Shown: piece after piece, positions 27,047 through 36,553 of the stretch | Numbering within the stretch: the first letter of the stretch is position 1 | Layout of the letters: every line of letters begins with the position of its first letter | Source of the DNA: a bacterium | GTDB taxonomy: Bacteria; Bacteroidota; Ignavibacteria; UBA10030 | DNA length: 64,000 nucleotides | Assembly (NCBI GenBank): GCA_043803945.1 | Contig: JAZDJN010000087.1 | Span: 224,001-288,000, forward strand | Direction: 5' to 3' | Translations under genes and position numbers: made by a program | The notes under the pieces: model-generated | Told to the model about the DNA's origin: nothing | What the model saw: the letters and a program-made list of their open reading frames with translations, nothing else | The model's database searches: none

Positions 27047-28870
27047 CTATTCAAGAACTGTCAATTTATTAAAATCCAGTACCCGCTGCTTTCCCTTGTA
27101 GGTCATCACGAGTTGTTCACTCCCCACGTCGGCATGCAGGAATGGTCCATCGAACAGTTTTGTCTTCGACAGGTCAACCGGTTTTCCGTTTAACCATCTG
27201 CTTTCAGGGAACGTAAACCGCATAGTCTTTCCATTAAGTGTCCGATATTCGACCGAGACCGCTCCAGGTTTCAATGCCGCATGCGGAATGCGCGTGCGGA
27301 GCTGCTCTTTGAATTTATCAAACGAACCGATCTCGTCTTTCGATCGCACCTCAATCACGTAGCCGTTCTGCAATTTATGACTTCTCAACCGCCATGCAAT
27401 ATCCACTTTCTGTTTTTCCAGTTCAGGCCTTCCAATTTGGTTTACCCTATTGGCCACCTCTTCTGTTTCTTTTATCCATTCATACTCCTGCAATGGATAC
27501 CAGCCCACATAGGTATCTCCCGCCTTACAGAGTATCCAGCCGGATTGATCGATGATTCGTTCTTCCAAATTCAACGGGAAGAAGCCGTCGATATGCTCTG
27601 AAGTTGTTCCGGTCGCGATGTCGTACAGAACCAAGAGTGTATTCTTATGTTGGAATGTACGCTCAAACGGCGAGCCGCCTGTCCATTTATCGGGATTATT
27701 ATACGTTCCTTTGGATGCGACAACATCGGCGATCAGCGTTTTCACCTCCTCGGGAAAAAACATCCCGAGCTCCCATCCAGACCAATAGGGATGCAAGCCG
27801 AAGATGGTGGAAAAGGGTTTCCCAAATGTGTAGCGAACTCCCCAGGTGTGTTGCTGTATGGGCTGCAGAATTCCACCCTGCAGTGAACCAAGGCCATAAT
27901 CCTTTGTCACATAGGTATATTTGTATACAGGAGGATTTTTTTCCTTCCCATAGCGAATGACATTTCTCACTCGTTTCCGCTCTTTATGGATGTAGCTCGT
28001 TTTCCGGTCGGTGGCAATCTGATAAATAATTTCAGGCAGGCGGAACCTGGAGAGCGCCGGAAGCACAAGCCACCCTGAATTGACCGGATCTCCTTTGCCA
28101 AAGTACAGCCATGCAAATGCCGATGCACCCGACTGGAGCGGCTTATACACAGCGGGTTGATAGATACGGCTGTACCCGCCAAGGTACTGGCCCTCAAGAT
28201 GTTCTGCAGCAAAGTCTGCCAGGACGTAATCAAGCATCATGGCTCCGCGCTTTTTCATGTCGGGGTCAAGTGCAAATTCGGAGAGCAGCGACATGGAGAT
28301 GGCATATTCCATAAAATAATCCGGCGAGTCGAACTCACCCTGCCCAATTGTGGTGGTAATGCGAATCCAGTGAATGAGGTACTCCTTTGCCTCCTGGCGA
28401 TTCTCATCGGAGCTTTTGCTATTGAACCATTCCGATCCCGGCAGGTTGGGCCATTGCTCCGCGGCGAGGAAGAGCGAGGAATAGTACATACACCAGTGGT
28501 TTTCGGTATCGCCGCGGTACGGGGCATAGGTTTTCCAGGATCGCCGCACAATGTCTTTCGTTGCAGGGGACATTTTGTCCTTTCCCTGTAAATACGTGCC
28601 GATCACCGGAAACATCCAGAACATATCGCCGCGCGGTTCCTTAAGCATCACCGCCAGCATACTGTCGGCCTGCGCGATATTATGATTGTGTGCATAGCGA
28701 ACCGCTGCCTGATAGTATCCGGGAGTCTGGAGCGTATCGTAGACTGACAAGAGCCTCTGGACGCGCTCCTGATACATTTTCAGATATTCCTGCCGGCCAT
28801 CCGGTTGCGCGGCCAGCATTGAAGAAAAGACAAGTAACATGAGAAGCACTGTTCGTAATGTTGTTTTCAT
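27047..28870 (-). CDS. Secreted uncharacterised protein, paralog A (YRGDTENHW family)
   Basis: Signal peptide MKTTLRTVLLMLLVFSSMLAA; shares long identical blocks with 31325-33112. Confidence 0.8.
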   Translation of the reverse strand: MKTTLRTVLLMLLVFSSMLAAQPDGRQEYLKMYQERVQRLLSVYDTLQTPGYYQAAVRYAHNHNIAQADSMLAVMLKEPRGDMFWMFPVIGTYLQGKDKMSPATKDIVRRSWKTYAPYRGDTENHWCMYYSSLFLAAEQWPNLPGSEWFNSKSSDENRQEAKEYLIHWIRITTTIGQGEFDSPDYFMEYAISMSLLSEFALDPDMKKRGAMMLDYVLADFAAEHLEGQYLGGYSRIYQPAVYKPLQSGASAFAWLYFGKGDPVNSGWLVLPALSRFRLPEIIYQIATDRKTSYIHKERKRVRNVIRYGKEKNPPVYKYTYVTKDYGLGSLQGGILQPIQQHTWGVRYTFGKPFSTIFGLHPYWSGWELGMFFPEEVKTLIADVVASKGTYNNPDKWTGGSPFERTFQHKNTLLVLYDIATGTTSEHIDGFFPLNLEERIIDQSGWILCKAGDTYVGWYPLQEYEWIKETEEVANRVNQIGRPELEKQKVDIAWRLRSHKLQNGYVIEVRSKDEIGSFDKFKEQLRTRIPHAALKPGAVSVEYRTLNGKTMRFTFPESRWLNGKPVDLSKTKLFDGPFLHADVGSEQLVMTYKGKQRVLDFNKLTVLE

Positions 28871-28882
28871 AGGGATATGACC

Positions 28883-29911
28883 TTAAAACGGTTGTACTGT
28901 GAGTGTCCATACTTGAGAACCATTGAGGCCAACATACCGCCACAAGTCTCCTCCGTTATCGGAACAGAATACTCCGCCATAAAACGTTGCAATATAGACC
29001 CGGCTGCCCTTCTGCGGATCAACGGCAATGGAGTGAATGTTGAGGTTCGTCAATCCATCGTTTACTCGATTCCAGCTCTTTCCGCCGTCGCGCGATTTGT
29101 AGATTCCTGTCATATAACCGCCGGCATAAACCATCGCAGGGTTGGTTGGATCGAATGCTATGGAATAAAACGTCTTATGGTCCAACCCCGCTTCAACTTT
29201 TTCCCATATCCTTCCGCCAGTCGTTGAGAGATACATGCCATGGTCCTCCGTGCCGGCAATCAAAACAGCCGGATTCTTTGGATGCTGGGCAACTACTCTG
29301 ACACCGCCAACACTCAAGCTGGTACGTTTCCATGTTGCCCCCCCATTTTCGCTTCGGTAGACACCATCCTCCGTGGCACAGTAGAGACGATTCGGATCTG
29401 CATGATCGATAACAATGGAGGTCATGAATTTTTCCCCGATGCCTTCATTCATCTCCTTCCAGATTTTCCCGCCATTCGATGTTTTAAATACTCCATAGGG
29501 TGTTGCACAATACTGAACATCGGCATTAGCCTGATCGAACACCACTTGCTGAACCTCAGTTATATTCCACCCCGTTGTTATTTTCCAGGTTGCCCCTGCA
29601 TCGGTTGAATAGTGGACGCCGTTACCGGAGGCGATGCTGAGAATTTTTCCTTTCATCGGTGTGTAGACCGCAACACCGAACGCGCGGATATTGGTTGGCC
29701 CGCTGTGCTGCCAGAGTGTATCGTCCGTGGTTTTCTTAAATAAGAGGCCTGTCTGTGGGTTTGCCGCACCGACGACAAATCCTTTCGTTGAGACAACAGA
29801 GAGATAGACTGTCGATTCCTGGGCGAACACCGAAGCACTCAGCAAAAAAAAGGCAATCCATCCGGCCCTCCATGGTACTTTCATTCGATTGAGCAATGGT
29901 ACGGAATTCAT
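28883..29911 (-). CDS. Secreted BNR/Asp-box beta-propeller protein (VPS10/YVTN-like)
   Basis: Repeated S.DGG.TW boxes. Start reassigned to ATG 29911 with an AGG RBS, because the track start lies within a repeat. Confidence 0.82.
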   Translation of the reverse strand: MNSVPLLNRMKVPWRAGWIAFFLLSASVFAQESTVYLSVVSTKGFVVGAANPQTGLLFKKTTDDTLWQHSGPTNIRAFGVAVYTPMKGKILSIASGNGVHYSTDAGATWKITTGWNITEVQQVVFDQANADVQYCATPYGVFKTSNGGKIWKEMNEGIGEKFMTSIVIDHADPNRLYCATEDGVYRSENGGATWKRTSLSVGGVRVVAQHPKNPAVLIAGTEDHGMYLSTTGGRIWEKVEAGLDHKTFYSIAFDPTNPAMVYAGGYMTGIYKSRDGGKSWNRVNDGLTNLNIHSIAVDPQKGSRVYIATFYGGVFCSDNGGDLWRYVGLNGSQVWTLTVQPF

Positions 29912-29942
29912 TGAACCTCGCTTTCTAAGTTGAAAAAAATGT

Positions 29943-30306
29943 GAGAAAGATCTACCGCCCTGCCCGCCGCAAGTGGCGCGCAGGCGGGCAAGACACCAAA
30001 ACACCAAGATTTCATTGTGATAGATTTTCAGATCCTTATTAAAAACAATCGTATCTACTCAGTTCGTTTAGTGCTCCTGCTATTTTTACTTATCTTTCCC
30101 CCCTTTTACGAAAATGGAAAATGTTCCCCGCAGAAGAAACACAATTCATAAACACATCCGCTCATTATCTTACCCCAAGAGTACCAAAAAGGAAAACAAA
30201 TTATACTTTGGGTGAACATGCTGAGCAACTACAAATATTCTTGGCGCACTTGCCCGCCTGCCCAAGCGGACACTCTAAGTCGGGCAAGGCGGCCAGATTT
30301 TCTTTC
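29943..30306. repeat. Composite inverted-repeat element with nested GC-rich hairpins
   Basis: Left arm ccgccctgcccgc...gcaggcgggcaagacaccaa; right arm ttggcgcacttgcccgcctgc...cgggcaaggcgg; AT-rich interior. Confidence 0.65.
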
Positions 30307-30341
30307 AAAGATTCTCATTTATTATTTTTACGTAACGAAGG

Positions 30342-31328
30342 TTATTCGTCACACAATATAATCTGTTTGACATGTGCGCCTTGAAGGCCGGCGGCGATCC
30401 AGGTTTTCCCTTGATCCTTTGATTCAAATATTCCTTGTGCGTTCGTACCGACCATTATGTAAGACTGATTTTGTGGATGAATCAAGATTGTAAAAATCGA
30501 CTCGATGTTCGGGGCATTCCAGACTTGCTTCCATGAGACACCCGCATTGTCGCTTCTCCAAAGCCCTGTCTGATTGCCACCGGCATACAGGTGCAATCCG
30601 TCCGGGGTTGATGTTGTTGCATAGAATGCGGTCGAAGGAAGGCCCGCACTTTGGCGCCAGCGTTTTCCTCCATCGAAGCTATAGAACACTCCATCATCCT
30701 CGGTGCCGACAAGAAGTGTATCGCCGTTCACCGGATGTTGAAACACCGTCATGATTCCGGGTTTGCCGACGCCCAGCGGCTTCCATAAGTCTCCCCGGTT
30801 TGTGGTTTTGTAAAGGTCATCTTCCGCGGCAGCATAGAGTATCCGGCGATTCCGATTGTCTGTCATGACTTGCTGAACAAACCATTTCCGAAATCCTGTC
30901 CGCTTTGCATGCCATGTTTCGCCATCGTCCACCGATTGGAAAATACCCTGCGGTGTGGCAATGGTAATACAGCGCTGGTCGACGGGGTCGATTGCAACAG
31001 ATAGCACTTCCTCGGTTTTCCACGATGTCAGGATACGCCATGTTGCGCCGCCATCGGTCGATCGGTGCAATCCGTTGCCGGCTGCAATATATTTTTTCTT
31101 CGGATTCGAAAAATCGATGCCAAATGCAAAGAGATTATTCCGGTAAATATTTTTCCAGCCTGTATCGTTGCCGCGGCGTTGAAAGACGCCGTTCCCTGAA
31201 GCACTGCCCACCGAAACGTTGGCCCGATTCAGAAAGACTGCGGCATAGTAGTTCTGCGTCTGCCCTTGTGCATCACCGAGAAGAAGAAAAAGACCCATGA
31301 CGATTATTACAGAACGGAGCGCCTTCAC
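30342..31328 (-). CDS. Secreted BNR/Asp-box beta-propeller protein
   Basis: Signal peptide; STDGGATW, SVDDGETW, SFDGGKRW, SKDQGKTW. Confidence 0.85.
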   Translation of the reverse strand: MKALRSVIIVMGLFLLLGDAQGQTQNYYAAVFLNRANVSVGSASGNGVFQRRGNDTGWKNIYRNNLFAFGIDFSNPKKKYIAAGNGLHRSTDGGATWRILTSWKTEEVLSVAIDPVDQRCITIATPQGIFQSVDDGETWHAKRTGFRKWFVQQVMTDNRNRRILYAAAEDDLYKTTNRGDLWKPLGVGKPGIMTVFQHPVNGDTLLVGTEDDGVFYSFDGGKRWRQSAGLPSTAFYATTSTPDGLHLYAGGNQTGLWRSDNAGVSWKQVWNAPNIESIFTILIHPQNQSYIMVGTNAQGIFESKDQGKTWIAAGLQGAHVKQIILCDE

Positions 31329-33112
31329 TTCGTACGATACTCCCGAATCGATACCGTGTTGAAATCCAGCTCTCGAACAGCTGATCCGTGCTTCATTGTG
31401 ATCACCCCGCTTCGCAGTTTGCTTGTCATGAAAGGGCCTTGATAGAGCTGGCCGGTATTCAATTGAATGGCTTTTCCGTTGAGAACCCTTTGACCGTTGA
31501 AGGTAAAGCGCATCTTATCGCCATGCCGGGTAGTGTACCCGACTGTCATCGCTCTGTCGAATTGATCCGTGTTCGGCTTCCGGCTTGCAACCTTCTTCTT
31601 GAATTCCTGAAATGAACCATCCTCCTCCTCCGAGCCGACTTCCACCACAATGCCGTTTGTCAAAGCTGAACTCCGCCATCTCCAGTTCACCGCTTCTTCA
31701 ATCCACTCATACGGTTTCAAAGGAGAGACAGCAACATACGTTGATCCGGCACGTGAGAAGATCCTGCCTGAGTCATCGATGATGCGTTCATCGAGATTCT
31801 TGGGAAAGAATCCGTCGATATGGGGGTGCATCGCTCCCGGTGCGATATGATAGAGAATAATGATTGTATTCTTATGCTGAAAGGTTTGCTCATATGGCGA
31901 ACTGGAATTCCACTTATTGGGATCGGTATAGATTTTATGATAGCGATTCACTTCGTCGGCAAGGAATTTTTGTTCCTCCGGAAAGAACATCGCAAGCTCC
32001 TTCCCTTCATAGTACGGATGGAGCGTGAAGAGCGTATTGTTGGGTTTATCGGAAACGTAGGTAATATCCCATGTATGCTGCTGGATCGGTTGAAGAATCC
32101 CTCCCTGCAATGAGCCAAGGATATAATTTTTTGTCATATAGGTGTACTTGTAAACCGGCGGATTTTTCTCCTTGCCGAAGCGAATAACGTTCCGGACGCG
32201 TTTTGTTTCCCGGTGAACATACGGCGTCGACCGGTCGGTCGCCATCTGATAGATAATGTCCGGCACCCGATACGAACTAAGTGCGCCGAATACGGTTTCC
32301 CATCCTCCACGATGACGCGGACGATAGCGGGTCTCTTCCCACTGCTCGAACTTCGGCTCTCCGAAATACAACCATGCCCACATCATCGCCGGCGCAGCGA
32401 GGGGGTTGATAATGTCCTCGGGGTAATCCCGGCTGTGGCCTCCTCCATAATTACCCTTGAGATGTTCAACCGCAAAATCTGCCAGCAAGAGGTCGACCAT
32501 CATTTGTGCACGCCTCTTCATGATCGGATCCTGCGCAAAATCATAGAGCACCACCATTGGGGTAAGATAGGTTGTGATGTACGTTGGCGAGTCGAATTCT
32601 CCCTGGCCTATCGTTGCCGATGTTTTCATCCAGAACTCAAGCCACTCTTTCGCTTCGGAGAAATTCTCCTCTGAACTTCTGCCGTTGTACCATTCCTTCC
32701 GGCCGAGGTTCGGCCACGTCTGTGCGGCAAGATAGACACCCGTGTAATACATCACCCAGTGATTTTCGGTGTCGCCACGATACATAGTCCGTTCCCGAAA
32801 AACCTTTCGTACTTTTCGATGAATGGAGTCTGGAAGGAACTGCCGTGTGTGGAGATAGCAGCCGATGAGTGTATACGAATAGAACATTCCACCAATACTT
32901 TCATCCGACGTCAGCGAGTCCAGCATTTGACTCGCGTAGGACTCATTATTCTTCGATGCCAACTGTGCCGTTATCGTGAAGAAACTTCGTTCATGCTCAT
33001 TGCTCGCCACTTCGACAAGCCGCCGCGTTCGCTCTTCAAATGTCGTTTGGCTGAAGCATCTGGCCATCAACAAACAGCAAGCACATCCTATGATTATCGA
33101 TATATTCTTCAT
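31325..33112 (-). CDS. Secreted uncharacterised protein, paralog B (YRGDTENHW family)
   Basis: True start is ATG 33112 (ATGA overlap), MKNISIIIGCACCLL. Shares YRGDTENHW, IGQGEFDSP.Y, RVRNVIR.GKEKNPPVYKYTY and GSLQGGILQPIQQHTW with 27047-28870. Confidence 0.8.
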   Translation of the reverse strand: MKNISIIIGCACCLLMARCFSQTTFEERTRRLVEVASNEHERSFFTITAQLASKNNESYASQMLDSLTSDESIGGMFYSYTLIGCYLHTRQFLPDSIHRKVRKVFRERTMYRGDTENHWVMYYTGVYLAAQTWPNLGRKEWYNGRSSEENFSEAKEWLEFWMKTSATIGQGEFDSPTYITTYLTPMVVLYDFAQDPIMKRRAQMMVDLLLADFAVEHLKGNYGGGHSRDYPEDIINPLAAPAMMWAWLYFGEPKFEQWEETRYRPRHRGGWETVFGALSSYRVPDIIYQMATDRSTPYVHRETKRVRNVIRFGKEKNPPVYKYTYMTKNYILGSLQGGILQPIQQHTWDITYVSDKPNNTLFTLHPYYEGKELAMFFPEEQKFLADEVNRYHKIYTDPNKWNSSSPYEQTFQHKNTIIILYHIAPGAMHPHIDGFFPKNLDERIIDDSGRIFSRAGSTYVAVSPLKPYEWIEEAVNWRWRSSALTNGIVVEVGSEEEDGSFQEFKKKVASRKPNTDQFDRAMTVGYTTRHGDKMRFTFNGQRVLNGKAIQLNTGQLYQGPFMTSKLRSGVITMKHGSAVRELDFNTVSIREYRTK

Positions 33113-34164
33113 CGCACAAATAACCCCCATACCTGGCCTTCGTCCTGACTGTTGTACTTCCAGCTCGTGCCGCCATCGGTACTGCGGAAGAGCCCGCCAT
33201 TTAATGTACCCGTGAAAACAATTGATGGATTGGATGGAAGAATTGCCAGTGAATGCACCACAAGATTGGATAATCCTCCATTCATACTTTGCCATGTCTC
33301 GCCTCCATCGAGCGAACGGTACACTCCTTTGCCGAATGTTCCGACAAAGATCCGTTGAGAATTTTTCGGATCTACAGCAATAGTATAGATGGTGAAGCCG
33401 CTCAATTCTTTGCCCGCCGGCTTCCACGTCTTGCCGGCATCGACAGATTGTACAAGTCCATAATCCTCCGTACCGGCCCAAAATACATGAGCACGAATCG
33501 GGTCTTGAACAATAACACGTATTCCAGTTCCCGCCAGGGTTGCTCGCTGCCATCGGTCGCCGCCGTTTGTGCTTCGATAGATCCCTTCTTCAGTTGCTGC
33601 CAGAACATTCCTTGAGGACGATTTATCGACAACTACATCGGGTGTAAATGTTGATTGGAAGCCGTTGTTTTTTTCCTTCCAGGTTTCTCCGGCATCGGTC
33701 GATTTTAAAATTCCATAGGCTGTTGCCGCATAGACGATCGAGGGATGCTGCGGATCCGCTTTTACCTTGAGCACTTCAGTCACCTGCCAGCCGGTGGTGA
33801 TGCGCCAGCTCGCTCCCTGATCGGTCGAACGGAACACACCGTTGTTGCACCCCGACCAGAGTGTCCCGTCGTTTCCCGCTTCGGTGTAGAATGTCCGGAT
33901 ATATGTCGTCCAGTTTCGATGACACCAGGTCAAGCCCTGATCGGTGCTGACAAACAATCCGACAGTTGGATTGTCTTGCGCACCGATACGATGCTTGCGG
34001 GATGCCAGCACCGACATATAGATTGTTTCCTGCTGTGCCGAAAGAGTGACGAGATTGCCAATCGAAAGAGCGCTGAGCAACAGCCAAGCCACACATTGTG
34101 GTATGCCGCAGGTTGTTCGTGAGGGTCTCGTTCCCCTTGTCCGATTGATCGGGTTACAGTTCAA
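33109..34164 (-). CDS. Secreted BNR/Asp-box beta-propeller protein
   Basis: Seven S.D/N.G.(T/S/R)W repeats; hydrophobic N-terminal signal. Confidence 0.85.
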   Translation of the reverse strand: MNCNPINRTRGTRPSRTTCGIPQCVAWLLLSALSIGNLVTLSAQQETIYMSVLASRKHRIGAQDNPTVGLFVSTDQGLTWCHRNWTTYIRTFYTEAGNDGTLWSGCNNGVFRSTDQGASWRITTGWQVTEVLKVKADPQHPSIVYAATAYGILKSTDAGETWKEKNNGFQSTFTPDVVVDKSSSRNVLAATEEGIYRSTNGGDRWQRATLAGTGIRVIVQDPIRAHVFWAGTEDYGLVQSVDAGKTWKPAGKELSGFTIYTIAVDPKNSQRIFVGTFGKGVYRSLDGGETWQSMNGGLSNLVVHSLAILPSNPSIVFTGTLNGGLFRSTDGGTSWKYNSQDEGQVWGLFVR

Positions 34165-36547
34165 CTTGTATTCCTTTCCGCAGATCGATTTGCGATTTCA
34201 CCCCGTACGATTTTCCATTCACAATAAGTTCATAGGGCTTTTTCTCTGTCCGGTCAACTGTAATTCTGATGGAGCGTTTGAGAGCGAGATTATCCAGAAG
34301 ATCGACATCGATGACATTTCCTTTTACTCTCACTGCCGGTATCCGGCATCCGTCGATACCGACGCCCCATTGATCCTTCACGTTCACATAAGCGTCACCA
34401 TACTGTTTGGAAATGAGATGAATTGAGACGACCGAACTGCCTGTACCCCAATGAATTCCTGTTGCCCCGGCTAATCGATCCGTTGCGGAATGTGCGTAGT
34501 TCTCCGCTGTTTGCGGCGACGTTGGTGATTCAAACAGCGAGAACATTGCCCGCAAGGCAGCAATACCTCGCTCAAAATATTCTCTCCTGCCGGTGAGTTC
34601 GTAATACTTTATCAATGTTACGGCGAAGTATCCTTGACGCGAATCGCTCCATTCGGCATCGGTATTCTGCACACCGAATCCACCAAACAGCTCGCACGAC
34701 AACCATGCCGGACTCCAGGCCTGTTGATAGAGGCATAGATAATCAAGAATCTCGATGCCGCGGTTTTTATATTCCTCCTTATGTGTCAGAACATACAATT
34801 CATACCATGCTTCTGCTGCCTGGTGCATCGAGAGTGTGTTTTGAGGATGCTGCTGGGTATAAGAGTCATAAAAGCCAAGAGGTTTTCTTGAGCAGGAAAA
34901 GAATGTTTCGAAGTCGAACCATTTATGTTCTGGAAGAATCTCTGTGGCAATATAGTGCATGGCCCGTTCCGCAGCAGCGCAATATTTATGTTCCGGAGAG
35001 TGTTTGCTGTACTCGGCAAGAAAGAGAGCAGCACCTGCCGTTTCGGCGTTCTCATCCCGAAATTCAGCGGCAGGCACCAGCGTTTCTGGATGATACCATG
35101 AGGGAATGACTCCGTTCGGGCGCTGGTTGGCAAGGAGAAAGTCCGCGAACGCTCCTGTGAATTTCAGGATTTCCTGCTTTCGTTCAGGGAGATGGTCGAT
35201 CCATTTGAGCATCCAGGTACATGTCCATGCAGTATGAAACATCGGCAAGTAATCGCCTTTGGCAATCCCGCCCCATGCATGATCCGCAACCCAATGCCCG
35301 CCGGTGGAATCGAGATAAAATATCGAAGGAGCAATACCATTCTTTTGTGGAGCGAGCAGCGCCAGTGAGAGCACTCTCGATGCCTGGCTTTTGAGCTGTT
35401 CGTCATTTACATTCTTTCCGTGCTCATACATTCCATACGCCGTGCGAAGAGCGTTGAACCAGACATTGAACCAATTGTCATTGTTGGCCGCCTTGTGCAG
35501 TCCGTTGCTCCATGCAAGACGTGCCTGACGGAGCAGTGTGACAGGCGTTCCCTTATACTCTGCATCGAGCGAAATCTTCGGTAACAATTCATACCACGCC
35601 TGCCGGATATAGGTTGAGAATGGCTTGGTCTGCGGCCCTCTTGGATTTTGCATTTCGCCCGCGCCATATTCCTTCCACAGATACCGCACAATTTCCTGAA
35701 ATCCCTGCTGCGGCGTAGCCGACGGATCAAGATAGAGGAGAAAGCCATACGAGACCGTTGTATCCGCCAGTGTCACAGCCAGAGACTCGGGGGAAGCGTA
35801 GAACACATGCGTGTTTCTCAATCTGTATGGTTCCGGAATCCAGTTCTGAAGGCCGAATGAAAAGAATGGCCGGTCAGCGGTTGTAACCTGCAAATCACCT
35901 GTTGTCCTTACTCTTCGATATTTCTGATTGATCGCTGCAAGATCGGGTATGAGCCCAACAAACCGTTCGTCCTTCTGCATCATAAATGCCGGTGAACGAA
36001 AAACATGATCGGCAATCACCTGCTCGGGCTCCGGGCGTAATTGCGGTGTGTAAACAAAATCAAGTGGATGCCCGGCGCTTTTCTGCTCGCGATCGACAAT
36101 AAAAGAATATGTCGATTGCAGAGCGCTGAACCTTGCCGCGCCCTTGATCGTTGCAGTAACGGCAATACGGGCAAACCGCTCTTTTGGAGCAAGTGTGATC
36201 GTCTTTACAATTAAGAGAAGGGGAGATGAATAGGTCAGCGTGAGTATTTGATTCTTCTGTCCGTCTTTGGTTACCGCGGCTTTCTGGAATCCGTGGGATT
36301 GCAGAACCCGATTTATACTCCAAGCCGGATCGGGCCTGAGGCTGCTCCCGCTCTCCAAGAGAAGAATCGGTTTCCCTTGTCTCATACCGGAATAGGATTC
36401 GTGAGTGACCCCATTCCGCTGACCGATAACAACGTTGATCAGGGCATTTGAGATTTCGAATGTGCCTGTTGAGGATGGTTGTGCAGACAAGAACATTGGA
36501 ACGAGGAGAACGGAAAGAAATTGTATAAGAAGGACGACGGCCCGCAT
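34154..36547 (-). CDS. Secreted hypothetical protein with probable C-terminal (alpha/alpha)6 barrel
   Basis: Signal peptide MRAVVLLIQFLSVLLVPMFLSAQ; helical repeats such as FADFLLANQRPNG, YCAAAERAM.YI and YYELTG.REYFERG. Confidence 0.65.
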   Translation of the reverse strand: MRAVVLLIQFLSVLLVPMFLSAQPSSTGTFEISNALINVVIGQRNGVTHESYSGMRQGKPILLLESGSSLRPDPAWSINRVLQSHGFQKAAVTKDGQKNQILTLTYSSPLLLIVKTITLAPKERFARIAVTATIKGAARFSALQSTYSFIVDREQKSAGHPLDFVYTPQLRPEPEQVIADHVFRSPAFMMQKDERFVGLIPDLAAINQKYRRVRTTGDLQVTTADRPFFSFGLQNWIPEPYRLRNTHVFYASPESLAVTLADTTVSYGFLLYLDPSATPQQGFQEIVRYLWKEYGAGEMQNPRGPQTKPFSTYIRQAWYELLPKISLDAEYKGTPVTLLRQARLAWSNGLHKAANNDNWFNVWFNALRTAYGMYEHGKNVNDEQLKSQASRVLSLALLAPQKNGIAPSIFYLDSTGGHWVADHAWGGIAKGDYLPMFHTAWTCTWMLKWIDHLPERKQEILKFTGAFADFLLANQRPNGVIPSWYHPETLVPAAEFRDENAETAGAALFLAEYSKHSPEHKYCAAAERAMHYIATEILPEHKWFDFETFFSCSRKPLGFYDSYTQQHPQNTLSMHQAAEAWYELYVLTHKEEYKNRGIEILDYLCLYQQAWSPAWLSCELFGGFGVQNTDAEWSDSRQGYFAVTLIKYYELTGRREYFERGIAALRAMFSLFESPTSPQTAENYAHSATDRLAGATGIHWGTGSSVVSIHLISKQYGDAYVNVKDQWGVGIDGCRIPAVRVKGNVIDVDLLDNLALKRSIRITVDRTEKKPYELIVNGKSYGVKSQIDLRKGIQVEL

Positions 36548-36553
36548 GGAAAT

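Noticed and set aside
33113-33553. Cys-rich 147-aa N-terminal extension of ORF 31325..33553
   Set aside because: It overlaps the propeller gene in another frame. The paralog and the ATGA overlap place the true start at 33112.
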